In this document: piece by piece, positions 1 through 15,320 of the stretch | Layout: every line of letters starts with the position of its first letter | Numbering within the stretch: the stretch's first letter is position 1 | The notes under the pieces: model-generated | Database searches by the model: none | Seen by the model: only the letters and a program-made list of their open reading frames with translations | Told to the model about the DNA's origin: nothing | Assembly: GCF_006345805.1 (NCBI RefSeq) | Contig: NC_043024.1 | Span: forward strand, 5,332,001-5,396,000 | DNA from: Octopus sinensis | Lineage: Eukaryota | Direction: 5' to 3' | Length of the DNA: 64,000 bases | Program-made: the position numbers and the translations under genes

Positions 1-819
1 TTCTTATCTAAAATACGAGAAGTGTATACTAAAAAAATTACCTTATATGTAAAATATAGGGGTCACAATTTAATGTAACATGGCTTACTCTGAAAACCAC
101 ATCAGTGTAAGCCAAGGTGATGGGTCAGAGAGCCAATACACATTTCAATTTGTAGGTGTTGTAAAAAAAAACTTAGTTAAAAAAAAATAAAATTACTTTT
201 CACTTTGTATTCACCATCACAACCACCACCATCATATCTCTCTCTACCTTTCTTTAATCTCTCCATCAGAACATCACCCACCTTCTAAAATTATATTCCT
301 AACTCTCCTCTATATCACAACCTGCAACTAAATATGTCCCCCTATCACGTCATGCACGCTTCTCTCTCTTCCCGTCCCACTCATGGCCTTATCCTTTCTC
401 TCCAACCACATGAAAGTGTTACCGACAACCTAAGTAACGTAATGACAAGCAGAATTATTATAAGACCACCTTCCTTTACTTTTCCCTCCCCCTCACCCCA
501 CTACTCTAACATAAATACACCAGTTGAACAAACAAGCTTGTGATTACATATATACACGTACATTATTTTTGTGGGAGGTTTGGATAATATTTTTTGCAAG
601 GTAATTACAAATCACAAGGAAACCGGAGAAAAGTTTGGTATTATTTATTCAGCATTACATGTGTTTCATTTCCTAATAGGAATCAAAAACTTTTACATGT
701 GTAGAAAACATGTCAGATATTTCCAAGAAGAAATTCTTCAGACATACATGTGTCTGTATGTGTGTGTACCCTTGTCCAGATATTATGTGATGTTCGTAAA
801 GGGCCATCATGACCGTCAT

Positions 820-1012
820 ACTTGTGCAGTTGTTCATTTCCAGTCCTCAGCGTAAAATATGTCTCACCAGGGAAGATATTTCCTTGCATGGAAACAGGTG
901 AAGATTGGTCACAAGAAAGGTACCCAGACGTAGAAAATCTGCATCAATGAATTCCATCTGATCCACAGAAGCATGAATAGGAGAATGTTAAATGATGAGG
1001 ATCATCATCATC
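820..1012 (+). repeat. Old SINE-like repeat with RTE-type (GAT)n tail
   Basis: Degenerate ...gagaatgttaaatgatga... tail; paralogous copy at about 25320-25510 and inverted relative at 12080-12290. Confidence 0.55.
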
Positions 1013-1102
1013 GTGGTTCCTCTTCTGTATGAATGCATTTACATTTCAATAATTGATCCATTTTTATAGATTGATTTAGCACAAAGAATGATTCAGGTTT
1101 AA

Positions 1103-2223
1103 CCCTTTCGTTACCAAACCGCCCAAAGCCGTCCGAAAAAAATTTTGGTTTATGAGACCAAACCGCCCAAAGTCGCCCGTATTTACCTATTCATATTTAA
1201 ATGAGAATATCAGAGCAAATCTTTTCAGTACATTCGTGAAAACACGTATTATACTTCGTAAACAGTTCAACTACAGTTTTGTACAATAATCGAAGTGTAA
1301 TTTTAATTCCGTGAATTTTGGGAGGTTTTTTTCCGAAATTTGTTCCTATTGTGTTTTCAAAATTTGTAATTCTGACAAAAAATGGATACGAATTTCATTA
1401 TATCAAGCAGCGAGTCAGAATTCGAAGGATTTTCTACTGAAGACCTTCATAAATCTAACTCTATGACTGAAAAAAAAAGCATGTGGTATTTGATAATGAA
1501 TCTGATGTTTCATTTTCCGAAAGTGAAAACAGTGAATCTGATGTTTCATTTTCCGAAAGTGAAAACAGTGAATCTGAGATCTCCGATAGCGATTAAGAAA
1601 ACGAATTGGCACCTGAATGGAGTGAAAATTTAAAAACTGTTTCTTTCGGTGATTTTTCTGAAGAAACTGGACCAAGCCACAGACTTTCCCAGAAGGGTAA
1701 AGCCTTAGATTATTTCTATTTACTTTTTCGAATGAGCCTATTTGAAATCATTACAGCGAAAACGAACCGTTACGCTAAACGTAAACAAAGCGAAAGAAAG
1801 GATAGTTTGTGGTTTCCCACAACCTTAAATGAAATTAAGACTATTTGGCCAAAAATATTATTATGGGTATCAGAAAGTTACCCAGAATAACAAATTCTAT
1901 CGTAAAATTTTGTTGTATACCCAATTGAATATTAGCTAATAACCCATTTTCTATAGCGATGTTTGAACAAAATTTTAATAATTTTATATTTTGTTGAATT
2001 TACCTGTATCTACCTGCAATTAGAGTCACTTTGTGACAAAAATTATAGTATAGAATTGGTTGAGAATATTTCATTAAATTATCTTCCAAAAATCAGATTA
2101 ATATATCGATAAATAAAAAAGTTATAGTTGTTTAATGAAACCAGACTAAATTTACGATTACGTTAGAAATTAATTGAAACACATAAGGGGTGTAATTTGG
2201 TCAGAAATATAGTAACGAAAGGG
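1103..2223 (+). mobile_element. Internally deleted piggyBac-family transposon
   Basis: TTAA duplication at 1099-1102 and 2224-2227; 12-bp TIR CCCTTTCGTTAC / GTAACGAAAGGG; absent from unit B (single TTAA in ggtttaacatcac). Broken acidic N-terminus followed by GP...DYFYLLF...EIITAKTNRYA...W.PTT.NEIK, typical of PGBD/DDE_Tnp_1_7 N-terminal region. 36-bp tandem duplication at 1499-1570. Confidence 0.9.
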
Positions 2224-2566
2224 TTAACATCACAGTGATATGTTTTCCTTCCTCTGTCAATGCTCTTTTGATTCAATAATGGATGAGTTCATGTCAAAGA
2301 TTTACCATAGATGTCACATTCATATAGTTTCTATATTCTGTGGATGTCTTTATAAGATATGTCCTTTGTCCTTCTGAGGAAATGTTATACAACAAATATC
2401 ACTGTGTTATGGACCCACTTCATAAGGAAAGACTTCAGTTTAAATCAGAAATGATTTGCCACAGATATCATTGTGAATTGATTTTTCGTGAGTGAATGCA
2501 TTTGTGTATATTTAAGTGACTGTTTCCAGAGAATGTCATACCATAGCTATCACAGGGGTATGGTTT

Positions 2567-3172
2567 CTACCCTATATGAATACGTTTGTGTTGAGTTAAG
2601 CCACTGTGTTGAGAGAAAGATTTACCATAGATATCACAGGGGTATGGTTTCTCGCCTGTATGAGCACGTTTGTGTTTAGTTAAGCTGCTGCTTTCAGAGA
2701 ATGATCTTCCACAGATATCACAGGTAAATGGTTTCTCCCCTGTATGAATACGTTTGTGTCGAGTTAAGTTACCGCTATGAGAGAATGATTTACCACAGAT
2801 AGCACAGGAATATGGTTTCTCTCCTGTATGAATACGTATGTGGTTAGTTAAGCTGCTGATTTGAGAGAATGATTTACCACAGATATCACAGTGATATGGT
2901 TTCTCCCCTGTATGAATACGTTTATGTTTAGTTAAGCTGTTCCTGTCAGACAATGATTTACCACAGATACTACAGTGATATGGTTTCTCACCCGTATGAA
3001 TTAGTTTGTGTGCAGTTAGGCTACTGCAAACAGAGAATGATTTACCACAGATAGTACAGTGATATGGTGCTTCCCCTGCATGAATTTGTTTGTGTTGATT
3101 GAATTTACTTTCTTCTAAGAATGACTTTTTACAGATGTCACGGTCATATGATTTTCCTAATTCTTCCGACAT
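2567..3172 (-). CDS. C2H2 zinc-finger protein, 201 aa, 7 finger units (5 intact; first and last lack one Cys)
   Basis: ATG start MSEE; repeated C-x2-C-x12-H-x3-H with TGEKPY linkers; no effector domain visible in this exon. Confidence 0.8.
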   Translation of the reverse strand: MSEELGKSYDRDICKKSFLEESKFNQHKQIHAGEAPYHCTICGKSFSVCSSLTAHKLIHTGEKPYHCSICGKSLSDRNSLTKHKRIHTGEKPYHCDICGKSFSQISSLTNHIRIHTGEKPYSCAICGKSFSHSGNLTRHKRIHTGEKPFTCDICGRSFSESSSLTKHKRAHTGEKPYPCDIYGKSFSQHSGLTQHKRIHIG

Positions 3173-4019
3173 CTCTTCAAGAAAAATAAAACTGAACCTT
3201 CAAGTTGTACAGATCAACAACTTTTTAAAAATATGTTTCCTCTCACCAAAATATATGGAAATTTTGCATGTTTTTGCTTTTATAGTTTATTCCAAACAAA
3301 TATCACTTCTCTTATATTTCTTCTAAATGCCAATATTTAAAAATGTCGCAAATACTCTTTGAAAATCCATCAAAGTATATTTAAAAGATAAAATTATCTC
3401 TTGCACATTTCAGACACAGAAGTAAAGAAATGCTTTCTCTCTCAGAGGAAATATTTTACTGTAATTCAGCAATGTTTTATAGAAGCAGGATTATATGTTT
3501 GTAGAATATCTTTGCAGAGTCTTTCAAACACGACACATATTGATGATTCTTTAAAAGTAAAAAATACTTTTGAGCCAATTTCATGTAATTTTCTGAAAGA
3601 ATAGAAAAAATAATATAAGACATCAAGTAAGTTTTAAAGGCAGATATTCAAAAGTGCAAATTTACGACATTTCTGTTTTCAAAGATTTTAGAAGTATTTC
3701 TTTATCTGAACTATTATATTTATCCCATCTCTCTATTTTCAAGAGGTTTATATCACAGACATATCTATCGTAATAACGCCTCCTGGACATTGCGTCTGTC
3801 CTAGACACACACCAATATACATGTCAATGACACTAGATATCTGATGGTTTCATCTCAGTCATGTGTCGTATTAACACAGCTTTGTTTGGTAACATAGACA
3901 TCACTCCTCCTCTGCCTCCTTCTGTACATTCGTAAATACACAAATACATAGATATGTCAAAATCCTGTGGAGCTTGAAGAATGAAAAAAAGTCAGTAAAT
4001 AATCAGTATGGATGACTAA

Positions 4020-4445
4020 CAGCATCAAAATCCTTAGTGGGGAATTTTTGATGTAGGAAAAATTATTGGTTGAGGTGGAAAATGAAATTAGTGGAACACA
4101 GTCAAACAAGACTGTGCAGTGAGCATTTGTGAGAGAGTTCTTTAAAAAGGTACCAACGAAAATCGAATTTGGACAGGATACAGAAAACTCAAAGAGAAAG
4201 GCTGTCTGTGCAAGGCCCAAGGATCTGGACGACCACTTACATCGGAAGAGACGGTCGAGTGGGTTTGCCAAAAACTGTTTTGAAGCCCCAAGAAGTCCAT
4301 AAGAAGGACAAATTTGAGGACCCAGATTCCCCCAACGAGAATGGCGCGTCCTGAAGAATGGTGCTGTTGAAATGGCCGCCACGTTCACCTGAGCTGAAAC
4401 CTTGCCATTTCTTTCTCAGGGAAGGCCTAGTCTATGTCTCCCCTC
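4020..4445 (+). mobile_element. Degenerate Tc1/mariner-superfamily transposase relic in the putative intron
   Basis: Fragments resembling KG.LCK..GSGRP and WPPRSPEL.PC.FF; homologous relic at 28115-28520. Confidence 0.55.
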
Positions 4446-5019
4446 TTCTCGTACGCAAAAATTTCTGAAAATTCCCCCAAATAAAAATATGTGACGAGGG
4501 ATTATATTAGGTGCTTAAAGCAACACTCCACACACACAAAAATTAAATAAATTAGAAAAATATATTAATTCTAACTTTTTATGATGCAGAAGAACCACCA
4601 GAAATAAAGACTTCCTATGTCTCAAATAAAAGCTGTTCCATTCCCTCTCGATACGACATTTGCTCTTCGTTTCAGTATTTCAAGTGCACACTCGTATTTT
4701 TATACATTCCCCATTTCTTACTAATTACATCGTAATTTTCCCGCATTTAACGAAATTGTCGAATTTACACGTTAGAAAGAAAGATAAATGTTATCTAAAG
4801 AAGGGATTAATCCGACGTTTTTACAAATAATTTAGAAAATAACCAAAAGTGCAATGAAATATCAAAAAGAAAACGACAACACAATGAAAGTATTAAAATT
4901 ACAGCCTTTCGTATAATTTCGTCTTAGTGAGATTTTTTTTCCTTTTAACTTTCTCAACACATCGAAACAAATAAATGTACATAATACGACACATATATAA
5001 TAGAAATGTTTAAATAAAT

Positions 5020-5160
5020 ACTTACATAGTAATAGATATGGAGAGAAAGAGTGAACGAGGAAGATGTGAGAACTGAAGTCAGAGTGGACAACGACAGCTT
5101 CAAGAGAATTTCTAGATTTCTACAACAAACGTTGATTAATATTTTTCAGGTCCACAAAAT
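5020..5160 (-). other. Putative non-coding first exon ending at a GTAAGT splice donor
   Basis: Minus-strand ctat|GTAAGT (acttac at 5020-5025) conserved in paralogs at 29097-29102 and 35126-35131. Exon extent is inferred. Confidence 0.45.
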
Positions 5161-5602
5161 CGTAAATGCTGTATCTGTTTGTTTAGACAGTTAATTACCA
5201 ACCATTTGTATATATTTGATTGGATTTCTCTTAAATATAAGTTGTGAAGTGGAACTGATCAAACAATGAAGGTGCGTGAGAAGCAAGAACAAGAAATACA
5301 CTTAATGAGGAAGAGTTTTTACGATGAACAACGGGAACTAACTCCATATTTCTTTATTATGATTATACAATCGTTACATAGAAGGACAAATACAGGACAT
5401 ACATGCAAAAAACAGTTAAGAGGTTAAATTAAAAATTTTCCATAACATTTGGATTATTCATTATAAAAATTCGTCTGTAAATTGTCCTTTACATGACCAA
5501 TAGAATATTATAACATTACATAAACTTTCGATCTTACCGAAGTTTTAAACCCCGGCAATTTATAAGGCCCCGCAGCTTTTGTTTCCTCTCCTCCCTCCAT
5601 AG

Positions 5603-8600
5603 TTAAGCTGGGTTTCTGACACCCACCTTTTTTTCCACTTCCTTCCATCTTTTCTCATACACACCCCGTGGTAAGATCCTCTTTTCCAGCCCCATTTTGC
5701 TCTTCAGATGATATCTGAAGTAAGTGAGCAAGCCGGGGCCCGAGACAAAGGATCCTATCGCGACTCCTTCCATTCTTGTACGCCACATGCATTCTTTTAC
5801 TACTGCAACCGTGCAGTGAAAACATGCCTCACCTTCCTTCGAGAGTCCAGTTGGCGGTATCATCTTAATCATAGACTCAGCCGACAGCTGTACTCGTCCC
5901 AGATGCGATAACACGTGTTCTGCGTAACTTATCAAGTCGGACAACTTCCGACACTGTACAAAAGCGTGCTGGACGGTTTCATCGTCCAACTCGCACCTTG
6001 GACACGTCGGTGGCACTGAAATTCCGTGCCGCGATAACTTCTCGCGAACAGGTAAAGCATTCCTATAGCACTGCCAGGCCATGGATCTTTGGAAATTATC
6101 CAAATACCCCGTCCTGAAAGTCTTTTTAAACAGGTTGGTAAGCTGGTCTTCGTCAAACCCCAGAGCCCCTCCTAGGACGTCGTCGTTCTTTGCCTCTACC
6201 AGCCTTCTATAAAATACCGAGGTGGTATTTCCGCAGCCGGCCTTGCCCGCCTTGTGGATCAGCGTGAGTGCTTGTCGGCACTCCTTTTGCCATAAAGTCA
6301 GTTTCCATCTTTTGATGCGACCGGGTTTAAAATTCACTAAGGAGGCCGGTCTCGGGAAAAATTCCCCTGCCAGCGGACTCCACACCTTATCACCCTCCAG
6401 GTGGTGCCAGAGATGCTTCAGCCTCAACGCATGTCTGCGCATCATCAACCAAGGCATTCCTAACCCACCCTTTAACGGTTCCTGGCAGCAAACGGAGCGC
6501 CTCACAAGTGGCTTTCCTCCCTTCCACAAAAAGCGGAAAAGGATTCGCTCCAACTTGCTAAGCCATGAATCGGGGCAAGGGACAACGGTCAGGCGGTAAG
6601 TGATTACAGATGCAATGAACATCTGTACCACCTCCGGCCGTCCTTTCAAGGACAGAAACCTTCCGGACCAGGTCCGTACTATGGCCCCCACCTTGCTCGT
6701 CACCTCACTCCAGTTCCTCTCCGTTTGGGAGTCTGGCCCAAACCAAACTCCTAGCAACTTAACAGGGCCATCCGTCCAGTGTCCCACGACACTGGACGAT
6801 ATCGACTTGCTCCTCCAGGTGCCGAAGCGCAAGCCAACCGACTTGTCCTTGTTAACCTTTGCTCCTGCCACCGCCTCGTATCCTCTGATAGCCTCTTCCA
6901 CACAAGGTAGCTGGGCCTCATTGGACACGATGAGGGTGACGTCATCCGCATAAGCAGTAACCGTCCTCCCACCTCCGATCTCATCCGAGTTACTTCCCAG
7001 CCTCTCCAACTTTCGCAGCAATGGCTCAAGAGCCAACACGTACAAAAGTGGTGAAAGGGGCACCCTTGACGAACTGAACATTCGATCGAAAACGGTTCCG
7101 TTAGGTAACCGTTTATCTGGACGGTGGACTTGATGCCGCTATACATAGCGGAAATCCACCCCCGAAATCCAGGGCCCAGTCCAGCCGCTTCGAGGACCGT
7201 CGCCAGGTACTCATGGTCTACCCTATCGAACGCTTTACTTTGGTCTAAATGGACCATTACCCCGCCCTTGCCGGTTAATTTACCCACCCTATCTAAGGTG
7301 TAGCGTATAAGGTGAAGATTGTCCTGGATCGACCTGCCTGGAATTGCACATGTCTGTGCTCTCCCTACAAGTTTCTCCACGACAACCGTCAACCTTTTTG
7401 CCAACACCTTGGCCAAAATCTTTAACTCTACATTAAGTAGAGTTATGGGCCTGTAGTTACTAATGTTATCCCCCTTGCTCGGGTCTTTCTGGATTAGCGT
7501 CACCACTCCCCGGCTTACAGAACTGGGAATTCTCCCATTCTGCTGCCAGTTCGTGTAGACGCCTGCCAATATTCCCCCGAACAAGTCCGGCATACTTTGG
7601 TAAAACTCGTAGGGCAGACCATCCAACCCCGGCGACTTCTCCCCGGCGCATCCGGCCAGTATCCCCTCTATCTCCGCGGGAGTGATCGCTTCTTCACAAC
7701 ACTCCACCTCAGGCCCCGAGAGCCGCGGTCCGCCGGCTAGGAAGTCCTTTAAGGTCCTCCCCCGCTCCGGCGCCACACCACCCCCGAACACGCGGGCGAA
7801 ATGCAGGTGAAGAAACTTTTGCATCTCCTCCTGTCCATAGATCTTTTGTCCCTGTTCGTCAGTTAAAGACTTGATTGAGGCTTTGTTACCTCTCTGACTC
7901 TCCACTCGACGGGCCCATCCGGCAACGTTAATACCTTCTCGTTTCCCAGCGCGTAGCTTAGCTCTGACTCTGCAACCTTCGTGTTTGGAGTTAAGGTGAC
8001 GGTACAATACCGTCCTTGCCGCCATCACTCCGGATGCAGAGCCAGCTTCCATTGCCTCGTTTAAATTCTTAACTAAATCGTCCTCTATCCTATTCCTATC
8101 TAGCCTTAGCTGATTGCTAATTCTAATGGACTCTGAACGAATGGCTCTTTTGAGGGAGTTCCACCATCTATTGTTAATGATGGTGCCACACAATGCCCTC
8201 TGTACTAACACCTTAATCCGGGTACGGAAGTCTTCACAATTCAAAATAGCCTTGTTCAGCTTCCAGTACCCGGGTCCCTGTCTATGACACTTGTCTAATT
8301 GCATCCTACACGTCACAAATTTGTGATCCGTGTAAGGCACAATGTGAAACTGTGGACAACTAAACGTATCCTTATCTCTTTTCTTAATAAATATCCTATC
8401 TAAATACGATCTGTGTGAGCCGTCGTTGTTACTCCACGTCCACTGTGGAACGCTCGGCTCATCCAGTCGGTAACGGTCCACTAGATCAAAGCTCTCTAGT
8501 AGACCCTTGAGGCTAGGGTTCCCCTTCCTATTGGTTGAGCCAACACTGTCGACCCGCGCTTCAAGGACAGTGTTAAAGTCCCCTACTAAGATTACCGTTT

Positions 8601-8991
8601 TCGACGACGCATAAAAGGGCTCCAGGTTCCGAAAAAAACCCGTCTGTCTACACTCATTCGGAGCGTAGACAGCTACCAACCTGAAGGACTGTTTACTTAC
8701 GTGGGTCACATCCAGAACAACCAGCCTGCCTTCTGGGTCCAGAAAGACAGTACTTACCTGCAAGTCCAAGCTCTTCCTGATAAGGACTGCCACGCCTCTG
8801 CCTCTTCCTCGGCTAGGAGAAATAAATTTCTCGAACCCATTTAGAAGAGGCGAGAACGCTTGGGCCTCGTTCATCTTGGACTCGGTTGCAATAGCTATGT
8901 CCACTCCATGTGTCGTGAGGTCGTTCAGGAAACAAATTTGTTTCCATTTCGTCCCCATTCCACGTACATTCACACAACCCAGCTTAGCCAT
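5603..8991 (-). pseudogene. LINE ORF2 (endonuclease-RT), one frameshift at 7057-7060
   Basis: GCVNVRG, GDFN, SYLDRIF, TDHK, KSPGLDGLP, NYRPITLLNVELKI, DQSKAFDRVDH, RQGCP in ORF 6751-8991; LSPLLYVLALEP, YADD and CPRC..ETVQHAFVQC in ORF 5603-7081. Confidence 0.9.
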
Positions 8992-9100
8992 TGTCGGTGA
9001 GAGAAAAAATAAATGAACTTACGGTTGAGAAAGGGAGCATGACAGTTTAAATCTGCCCGCTTCCCCTTCTTCCTCCCTTGTGGTCGTAGCTGCAGGGCTC

Positions 9101-10455
9101 TTAACCGGCGTTGCCACCGGGCTCTGGGTAGGTGTGGTTGCCGGGGGTTATAACAAGTTTACCCTCCAGTACTTCCTTTGTTACGTCTCTTATCAGTCTA
9201 TTCTTTAGATGTTCTTGTAGTATTTCCTCCTTCCACTCGTCTTCCTTTATTTTTGCGAAGCGAGTGGTTGCTTTTATGTCTGTAGCCTTGCTAAATAGTT
9301 TAAATTTTGAAAATTTAAAGTATTTATATACCCTCTCGTTTTTTTCATCAAACGCAATGATCTTATCATTTTTTTTTAAAGACTTTTTCACATCTTGTTT
9401 TATGGGGAGGGGCTTGGCGAACTGTTTTCCAATGAATACAGTGCCGTGGGGGTAGGGCTGGGGAATTTGCTTTGTGTGTATGTCTGCGGTGCTTGCTGAT
9501 TTTTTCCTTGTTTGGGGAGGGGAGTCCAGGGTGTTATCTGTTTTTCTTTTGTGTGTCACCTGTGTGTAATCCATTTGTTCGATACAATCCTCCGTTTCTG
9601 TTTCTTTGCTTGTCGTCGTCTTGTTTTCTTTTTCCACCTTCTCCCCTTCAGTGTTTGAAGCACTTTGAGGAGGGGCTTCGTTGGTTTTCTTTTTTTTTAA
9701 GCAGTTCGAGCGGACGTGACCCTTCTCGCCGCATTTAAAGCACCTAGGTCTGCGTCCCTCCACTGACACTCTCATGGACGTTCCATCCTCGTTAAATATC
9801 CTATCGGGCAGGTTCTCCAATATCTTGTTTTCTGCCTGGACGAGGAGTTCCAGCGTCTGTCCCTTCCAGCGTACCTCCTCTTTCCTTCTCATCTGCAGAA
9901 TCGAAATTTCCCGCTCTACATTGTGCAGGACCGCCGCTGCTACCCACATTATATCATACCCTCTCGGTATGTCCTCTACCAGCAGTTTAGCTGTTCTTTT
10001 TCCCATATACGAGGGTAGCAACATGATATCATCATTTTTCAGGGTCATTGATGACACCTCTCTTGCTACCTCAGCCGAGTCAAAATGTGCTTCAACAGTG
10101 GCGCTGCGAGCACCATGAACGACATGGCGAATTTTGTCCCACACCGGGGACAAGCACTTTTCGACTATCTCGTTTCTAACGTCCATAATTTTTTTTCTTT
10201 GTAGCTATACACTTTGTATATAACTGTTTTTTCCTTTATTTCTTGTACCTTCGCTTGCGGCGGTACAAGTTTGATTTCGTTTCCTTCCATTTTAACAAAG
10301 TTCCTAAATTCGAATAGTTGTTCGATCTTGAATTCAACGTCCATCATGGTTCCGCCCACCGCGGCCGAAAAAGACTGTTTTGTTACTTCAGTGTCCTTTA
10401 ATTCACTTGTTCCCATCGCGGGAAAATCATTCTTCGACGCCAAGTCGAAATCCAT
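9101..10455 (-). pseudogene. LINE ORF1 (CCHC zinc-knuckle protein), split at an A8 run
   Basis: RCFKCGEKGHVRSNC knuckle; ORFs 10165-10455 and 9101-10186 join if one A is added at 10189-10196. Confidence 0.75.
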
Positions 10456-10517
10456 TTCTCAAAAATGTTTCAAAAATTACCTCGAAGGTAATAACAATTT
10501 TAAACACAGAAACACAG

Positions 10518-12005
<1,488 letters not shown>

Positions 12006-12741
12006 CATTGCTGAATTAAACAAAAGTGCATTCCTTATCAATTTAATTTGTAGCATAGTAATAATTTTTTCACTACAATCATCATCATCATCACCATCAT
12101 TGAACATCCACTTTTCCATGGTTCTATGGATCACATAGAATTCATTGATGGTGATTTTCTCCAGCTGGATGCCTTCCCTGTCACCAATCCTCACTTGTTT
12201 CCAAGCAAGGAAATATTTTCCATGGTGAGACATTTTCTGCAAAAGACTTGAAATGAACAACTGCATTTGTATGAGAAAGGTGGTCATTTACTAGTATCGT
12301 GTAATATCCAGTGAAGGGTCCACACACACACACACACACACATCTATAAATATATACATATTTAAAAAGTATCCATCATGCTCTTGGAGTGGTTGGCATT
12401 AGGGAAGAGCATCCAGCCATATACACACTGCCAAATCAGAGTGCAACCTGATACAGTTCTGTGGCTTGCCAATTCCAGTCGAACTGTCTAACCCATACCA
12501 GCATGGAAAGTAAACAATAAATGGTGACGTATGTATGAATAATTTCTAATGGGAGATATCTGACATGTTTCCCCTCCTCTCTATATAAAATTTTGTAATT
12601 CCTGTTAGCAAATGAAACACATGTAATGATGAATAATAATACCAAAAACTTTTTTCAATCTCCTCTTGTGTTATATACTTACTCTGCAAAACTATTTTTC
12701 CAGTATTTTTCAATTCTTAAGACATACCTGACTCAAGTATA

Positions 12742-13662
12742 ACATCTAATGTACAACTTTGGAGTAGTGGAGTCAGCATATATACTTCAAGATGACACAA
12801 TTTAGATTATAACCTACCTATGTATATATATATATATACAAAGTGAGATAGGGGTTATGGGTGTAACCCACTATGGGATATCAGTTATCCAATATAATAT
12901 TCTTGTGTATGTGTATCTTGTTTCATTTGCATTTTATATTTTTATAATTGTACTTTATAATCTCTGACGAAGCCTTGAGATATATATATATATATATATA
13001 AGTAACTCATAAAAAGCACCCACTACACTCACAGAGTGGTTGGCGTTAGGAAGGGCATCCAGCTGTAGAAACACTGCCAGATCAGACTGGAGCCTGGGGC
13101 AGCCCCTGGCTCCCCAGACCCCGGTCGAACCGTCCAACCCGTGCTAGCGCGGAAAACGGACGTTAAACGATGATGATGATGATGATGATGATATTACCTC
13201 AATACATCTGACTAATATAGGCACAATGAGATACCTTTATCTACAGGCTGAAACAGGTGTAAGCTCCATTTTATGTGTATTATTTTTATGGTATTATCTT
13301 ACTTATTGATGTATATTGTTTTATTTTGTTGGATTTGGATGTTCCTATTTATGTAGTTAATAAATAATATGAATTGGTAATATCTGTAAGTCGATGATTG
13401 AAATGAATCTGTTCTTCCATTTTCTTATTTGTATTATATATATAAATGTATATATATATATAATATTGCAATACAAATGTATTACTTTCCAGTAAAATAA
13501 AGCCCCATAAGGGTAGAATTATACACATAAAAACAGATGAGTGGTAGAACAAGGCACCAATAAGTACTGGAAAATAGCAATCGATACAAATACATCTAAT
13601 GTACAACTTTGGAGTAGTGGAGTCAGCATATATACTTCAAGATGACACAATTTAGATTATAA
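12742..13662. repeat. 71-bp direct repeats (12742-12812 and 13592-13662) bracketing about 780 bp
   Basis: acatctaatgtacaactttggagtagtggagtcagcatatatacttcaagatgacacaatttagattataa occurs twice. Confidence 0.9.
13008..13192 (+). repeat. SINE-like element with RTE-type tail
   Basis: ggttggcgttaggaagggcatccagc...ggacgttaaacgatgatgatg; relatives at 12380-12530, 27735-28030 and 63610-63960. Confidence 0.7.
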
Positions 13663-13842
13663 ACCTTTCCTATATTTTGTTACAGTTAGACAAAGGAAAC
13701 AACAAATAGAACAGGTTTTTATGATTCAATTATGTATTGAGAAAAATGGCAAAAACTTGCAACAAGGACAGCACAAAGCTGTTATAATGAATTTGAGAGC
13801 AAGGTACAGAGCCATTACGAAAATATTTGAATTCAATCATCA

Positions 13843-14150
13843 TCATCATTGTTCGACCATGGTCGAGACAATGGAATTTACCATGCTACGCCAGACTTCA
13901 CGGTCCATCATGGCATTACGGATGTCCTGTTGCTGGATGCCTGTATCCCTGGAGATTACATCAGGGTAGGAGAGTGTGCACCCTCAAGTATTGAGAGTAG
14001 ATGGCTTCCAGAGGAGAAGAGTAGAAATTACCTCGTTTTCAGCTCTACCTTTCACAAGAGATGACACAGGTGGTAGTTTCCCATATATTTGCATTTTGGT
14101 TGGATGACGCTTCCACGAGAGATTTTGAGCTCTCATAAGGAGGCGAGTTC
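13843..14150 (-). mobile_element. RTE LINE 3' fragment
   Basis: LLMRAQNLSWKRHPTK..IYGKLPP and DVISRDTGIQQQDIRNAMMDREVWRSMV, ending in a (GAT)n tail. Confidence 0.75.
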
Positions 14151-14410
14151 AAAGTGCAGAGTTGTTACAAAATGATTATGTCGGTCCTTGTTGACGGAAA
14201 GTCCAATGTCAGAGGTCGCAGTCGCAGATTTCCTTTGTTTATTCCAAACTCTCAGCATGCCAATCCAAGCAAACAGGCGAGGTAACTCTACTGACCCTCT
14301 TGTATGTTGTACTATGTTATGTTAATCTCTCACCACAGAGGGAGAGAGAACGACAGCAAGTTCAGGAGGAAGACTGAACGATGCTTTCCTTAAAGCCTGT
14401 CGCTTTTTTT

Positions 14411-14625
14411 TTTACTTGTTTCAGTCATTTGACTGCGGCCATGCTGGAGCACCGCCTTTAGTTGAAAAAATCGACCCCAGGACTTATTCTTTGTAAGCCT
14501 AGTACTTATTCTATCAGTCTCTTTTCCTGAACCGCTAAGTTACGAAGACACAATCACACCAGCATCGGTTGTCAAGCGATGTTGGTGGGACAAACACAGA
14601 CACACAAACATATACACACACGCAC
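14411..14625 (-). repeat. tRNA-derived SINE, 3' body (head displaced to 16159-16320)
   Basis: Matches the body of the complete copies at 29538-29900 and 54917-55292. Confidence 0.8.

Positions 14626-15320
<695 letters not shown>

Larger units (their letters stand above)
1..5346 (-). repeat. Zinc-finger gene unit A (segmental duplicate of 23162-29427)
   Basis: Colinear with 23162-29427 (e.g. ttcttatctaaa...accttatatgtaaaatatagggg at 1 and 23162; aactcca at 5340 and 29421), apart from element insertions and the finger array. Confidence 0.9.
5347..10517 (-). mobile_element. Near full-length Tx1/L1-clade LINE
   Basis: ORF1 with CCHC knuckle, ORF2 with APE endonuclease, RT and C-terminal Cys/His motif; 3' end AATAAAGAAATA abutting unit A at 5346/5347; no TSD found. 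Confidence 0.9.
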
